DNA of 63,532 bases, the filler included, from Octopus bimaculoides (Eukaryota): NCBI RefSeq assembly GCF_001194135.2. It is 3 parts of 3 records of this genome, joined end to end, with 100 filler letters (N's around TTAATTAATTAA, not from the genome) between each part and the next. Parts side by side here need not be neighbours in the genome. Positions count along the whole stretch, not along the records: positions 46,705 to 63,532 come from NC_068981.1; 2 more parts are not named here. One strand, given 5' to 3'. The stretch's first letter is position 1. Each line of letters starts with the position of its first letter. The position numbers and the translations under genes are program-made. Shown here one piece after another: positions 61,513-63,532 of this stretch. The notes beneath the pieces were generated by a model. That model had not been told where the DNA came from. It searched no databases and saw nothing but the letters and a program-made list of their open reading frames with translations.

Positions 61513-62710
61513 GGATCTTGTTCAAAACGGGGGCACCAGTATTTTCTTAACGAAACACTTTGAAACTTGGGACACTGGTAGAATGTGTCATATAAAACAT
61601 CTTTTTCTCTTAGTCTTCTTAACAAAAAAGCGTACATCGCAAGTTATTTCATGTTAAAGTTGTCTTATTTCTGTAATTTCAACCAATGACTGACGTCCAT
61701 TCAGCCGTAAAAATTAAGTGCTGACTACGTAAACAAACGATTCGCGGCGGTGATAAAATTNNNNNNNNNNNNNNNNNNNNNNNNNNNNNNNNNNNNNNNN
61801 NNNNNNNNNNNNNNNNNNNNNNNNNNNNNNNNNNNNNNNNNNNNNNNNNNNNNNNNNNNNNNNNNNNNNNNNNNNNNNNNNNNNNNNNNNNNNNNNNNNN
61901 NNNNNNNNNNNNNNNNNNNNNNNNNNNNNNNNNNNNNNNNNNNNNNNNNNNNNNNNNNNNNNNNNNNNNNNNNNNNNNNNNNNNNNNNNNNNNNNNNNNN
62001 NNNNNNNNNNNNNNNNNNNNNNNNNNNNNNNNNNNNNNNNNNNNNNNNNNNNNNNNNNNNNNNNNNNNNNNNNNNNNNNNNNNNNNNNNNNNNNNNNNNN
62101 NNNNNNNNNNNNNNNNNNNNNNNNNNNNNNNNNNNNNNNNNNNNNNNNNNNNNNNNNNNNNNNNNNNNNNNNNNNNNNNNNNNNNNNNNNNNNNNNNNNN
62201 NNNNNNNNNNNNNNNNNNNNNNNNNNNNNNNNNNNNNNNNNNNNNNNNNNNNNNNNNNNNNNNNNNNNNNNNNNNNNNNNNNNNNNNNNNNNNNNNNNNN
62301 NNNNNNNNNNNNNNNNNNNNNNNNNNNNNNNNNNNNNNNNNNNNNNNNNNNNNNNNNNNNNNNNNNNNNNNNNNNNNNNNNNNNNNNNNNNNNNNNNNNN
62401 NNNNNNNNNNNNNNNNNNNNNNNNNNNNNNNNNNNNNNNNNNNNNNNNNNNNNNNNNNNNNNNNNNNNNNNNNNNNNNNNNNNNNNNNNNNNNNNNNNNN
62501 NNNNNNNNNNNNNNNNNNNNNNNNNNNNNNNNNNNNNNNNNNNNNNNNNNNNNNNNNNNNNNNNNNNNNNNNNNNNNNNNNNNNNNNNNNNNNNNNNNNN
62601 NNNNNNNNNNNNNNNNNNNNNNNNNNNNNNNNNNNNNNNNNNNNNNNNNNNNNNNNNNNNNNNNNNNNNNNNNNNNNNNNNNNNNNNNNNNNNNNNNNNN
62701 NNNNNNNNNN

Positions 62711-62755
<45 letters not shown>

Positions 62756-62770
62756 GCACGTTGTTGTTAC

Positions 62771-62846
62771 CTCTTCAGCTGCCGCTTTCTGTTCCTCTCC
62801 GACCATCGCTTCGGCTGCTCCTCTCTGTCCGTCTTCTACGTATTCG
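62771..62846 (-). CDS. Candidate coding exon (76 nt, phase 2-0) of an unidentified gene
   Basis: Acceptor TGTCTGTCGCAG and donor GAG/GTAACA. Only one frame is open: EYVEDGQRGAAEAMVGEEQKAAAEE. No homolog was recognised. Confidence 0.25.
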
Positions 62847-63532
62847 CTGCGACAGACATGTTGGCACCACCACGCCACTAAAACACTCCAATTTACAACA
62901 AATCCTTTATTCATCGACACTGACAGACTTTCAAAAGCCAAAAGAAAACATCATCGGCTTAGATAGACGTATACATCATATACACAAACATGTGTGTGTG
63001 TGTTGTGTGTGTGTTATATGTAAGTACATTATACGTCCATGTATATCTATGTGTATTATGAATATATTGGCTGTATGTGTATGTTTGTGTGTATGTATGC
63101 ACGTGTGTGTGTGTGTATGTATGTATATGTGTATGTGTGTACGTGTGTGTATGTGTGTATGTATGTTTGTGTATAGAGTGTATGTATGCATGTATATATG
63201 TATATACGTGTATCTATGTGTGTGTGTGTATGTACGTATGTATGCGTGTGTGTATGCATGTATGACTGTGTGTACGCATGTACGTATGTATGTGTGTATA
63301 TGCGTATGCACGCGTCTATGTGTGTGTGTGTTTCTTTGAGGTTTCCTTCGCCGACTTCACGCTGGTCAGTAGTAACACAGAAACAAGGCCCTTTTGTTAG
63401 ACTCAGTGCAGTACCAGGGATTCCTCAATACGCTATTCACTTTTATATATGGGCACCTATCTTGCTGTATGTCTGCATACGCACATACTTCACGAGTGCC
63501 TCAATGGCAAAACCTTCATATATATATATATA

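Noticed and set aside
61527-61760. Possible DNA transposon terminus
   Set aside because: It looks like a dispersed repeat from memory, but it runs into a 950-bp gap and no TIR partner or TSD is visible.
26-63339. Dozens of long ORFs rich in HT, CV, YI, MYV or X
   Set aside because: They are translations of (CA)n, (TA)n and (TACA)n microsatellites and N gaps, not proteins.

Overview
AT-rich, repeat-saturated eukaryotic draft sequence with many N gaps. It is most likely an octopod cephalopod, judged from recalled SINE families and not checked against a database. Two artificial 100-bp linkers (44 N + TTAATTAATTAA + 44 N, at 24349-24448 and 46605-46704) split the window into three blocks whose adjacency is not guaranteed. 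Almost all listed ORFs are microsatellite or gap artefacts. Real content: (1) one convincing host exon (19523-19651, minus strand) resembling IQCG/DRC9; (2) decayed transposons, including a full-length mariner, two hAT remnants, a Tigger MITE, two internally deleted Ty3/Gypsy elements with both LTRs and 5-bp TSDs, two RTE LINEs, a CR1-like 3' end, Penelope-like elements and several R4/Dong-type restriction-like-endonuclease LINEs; (3) at least five SINE-like families; (4) about nine hammerhead-ribozyme-like motifs from several sequence families. The strongest leads are a 160-bp palindrome encoding a hammerhead on each strand, a tRNA-headed SINE-like element with a hammerhead-bearing tail, and a stack of R4/Dong-type LINEs with (ACAT)n at their junctions, suggesting microsatellite targeting. 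All analysis was by eye. Boundaries are approximate unless a TSD, TIR or splice site is quoted.
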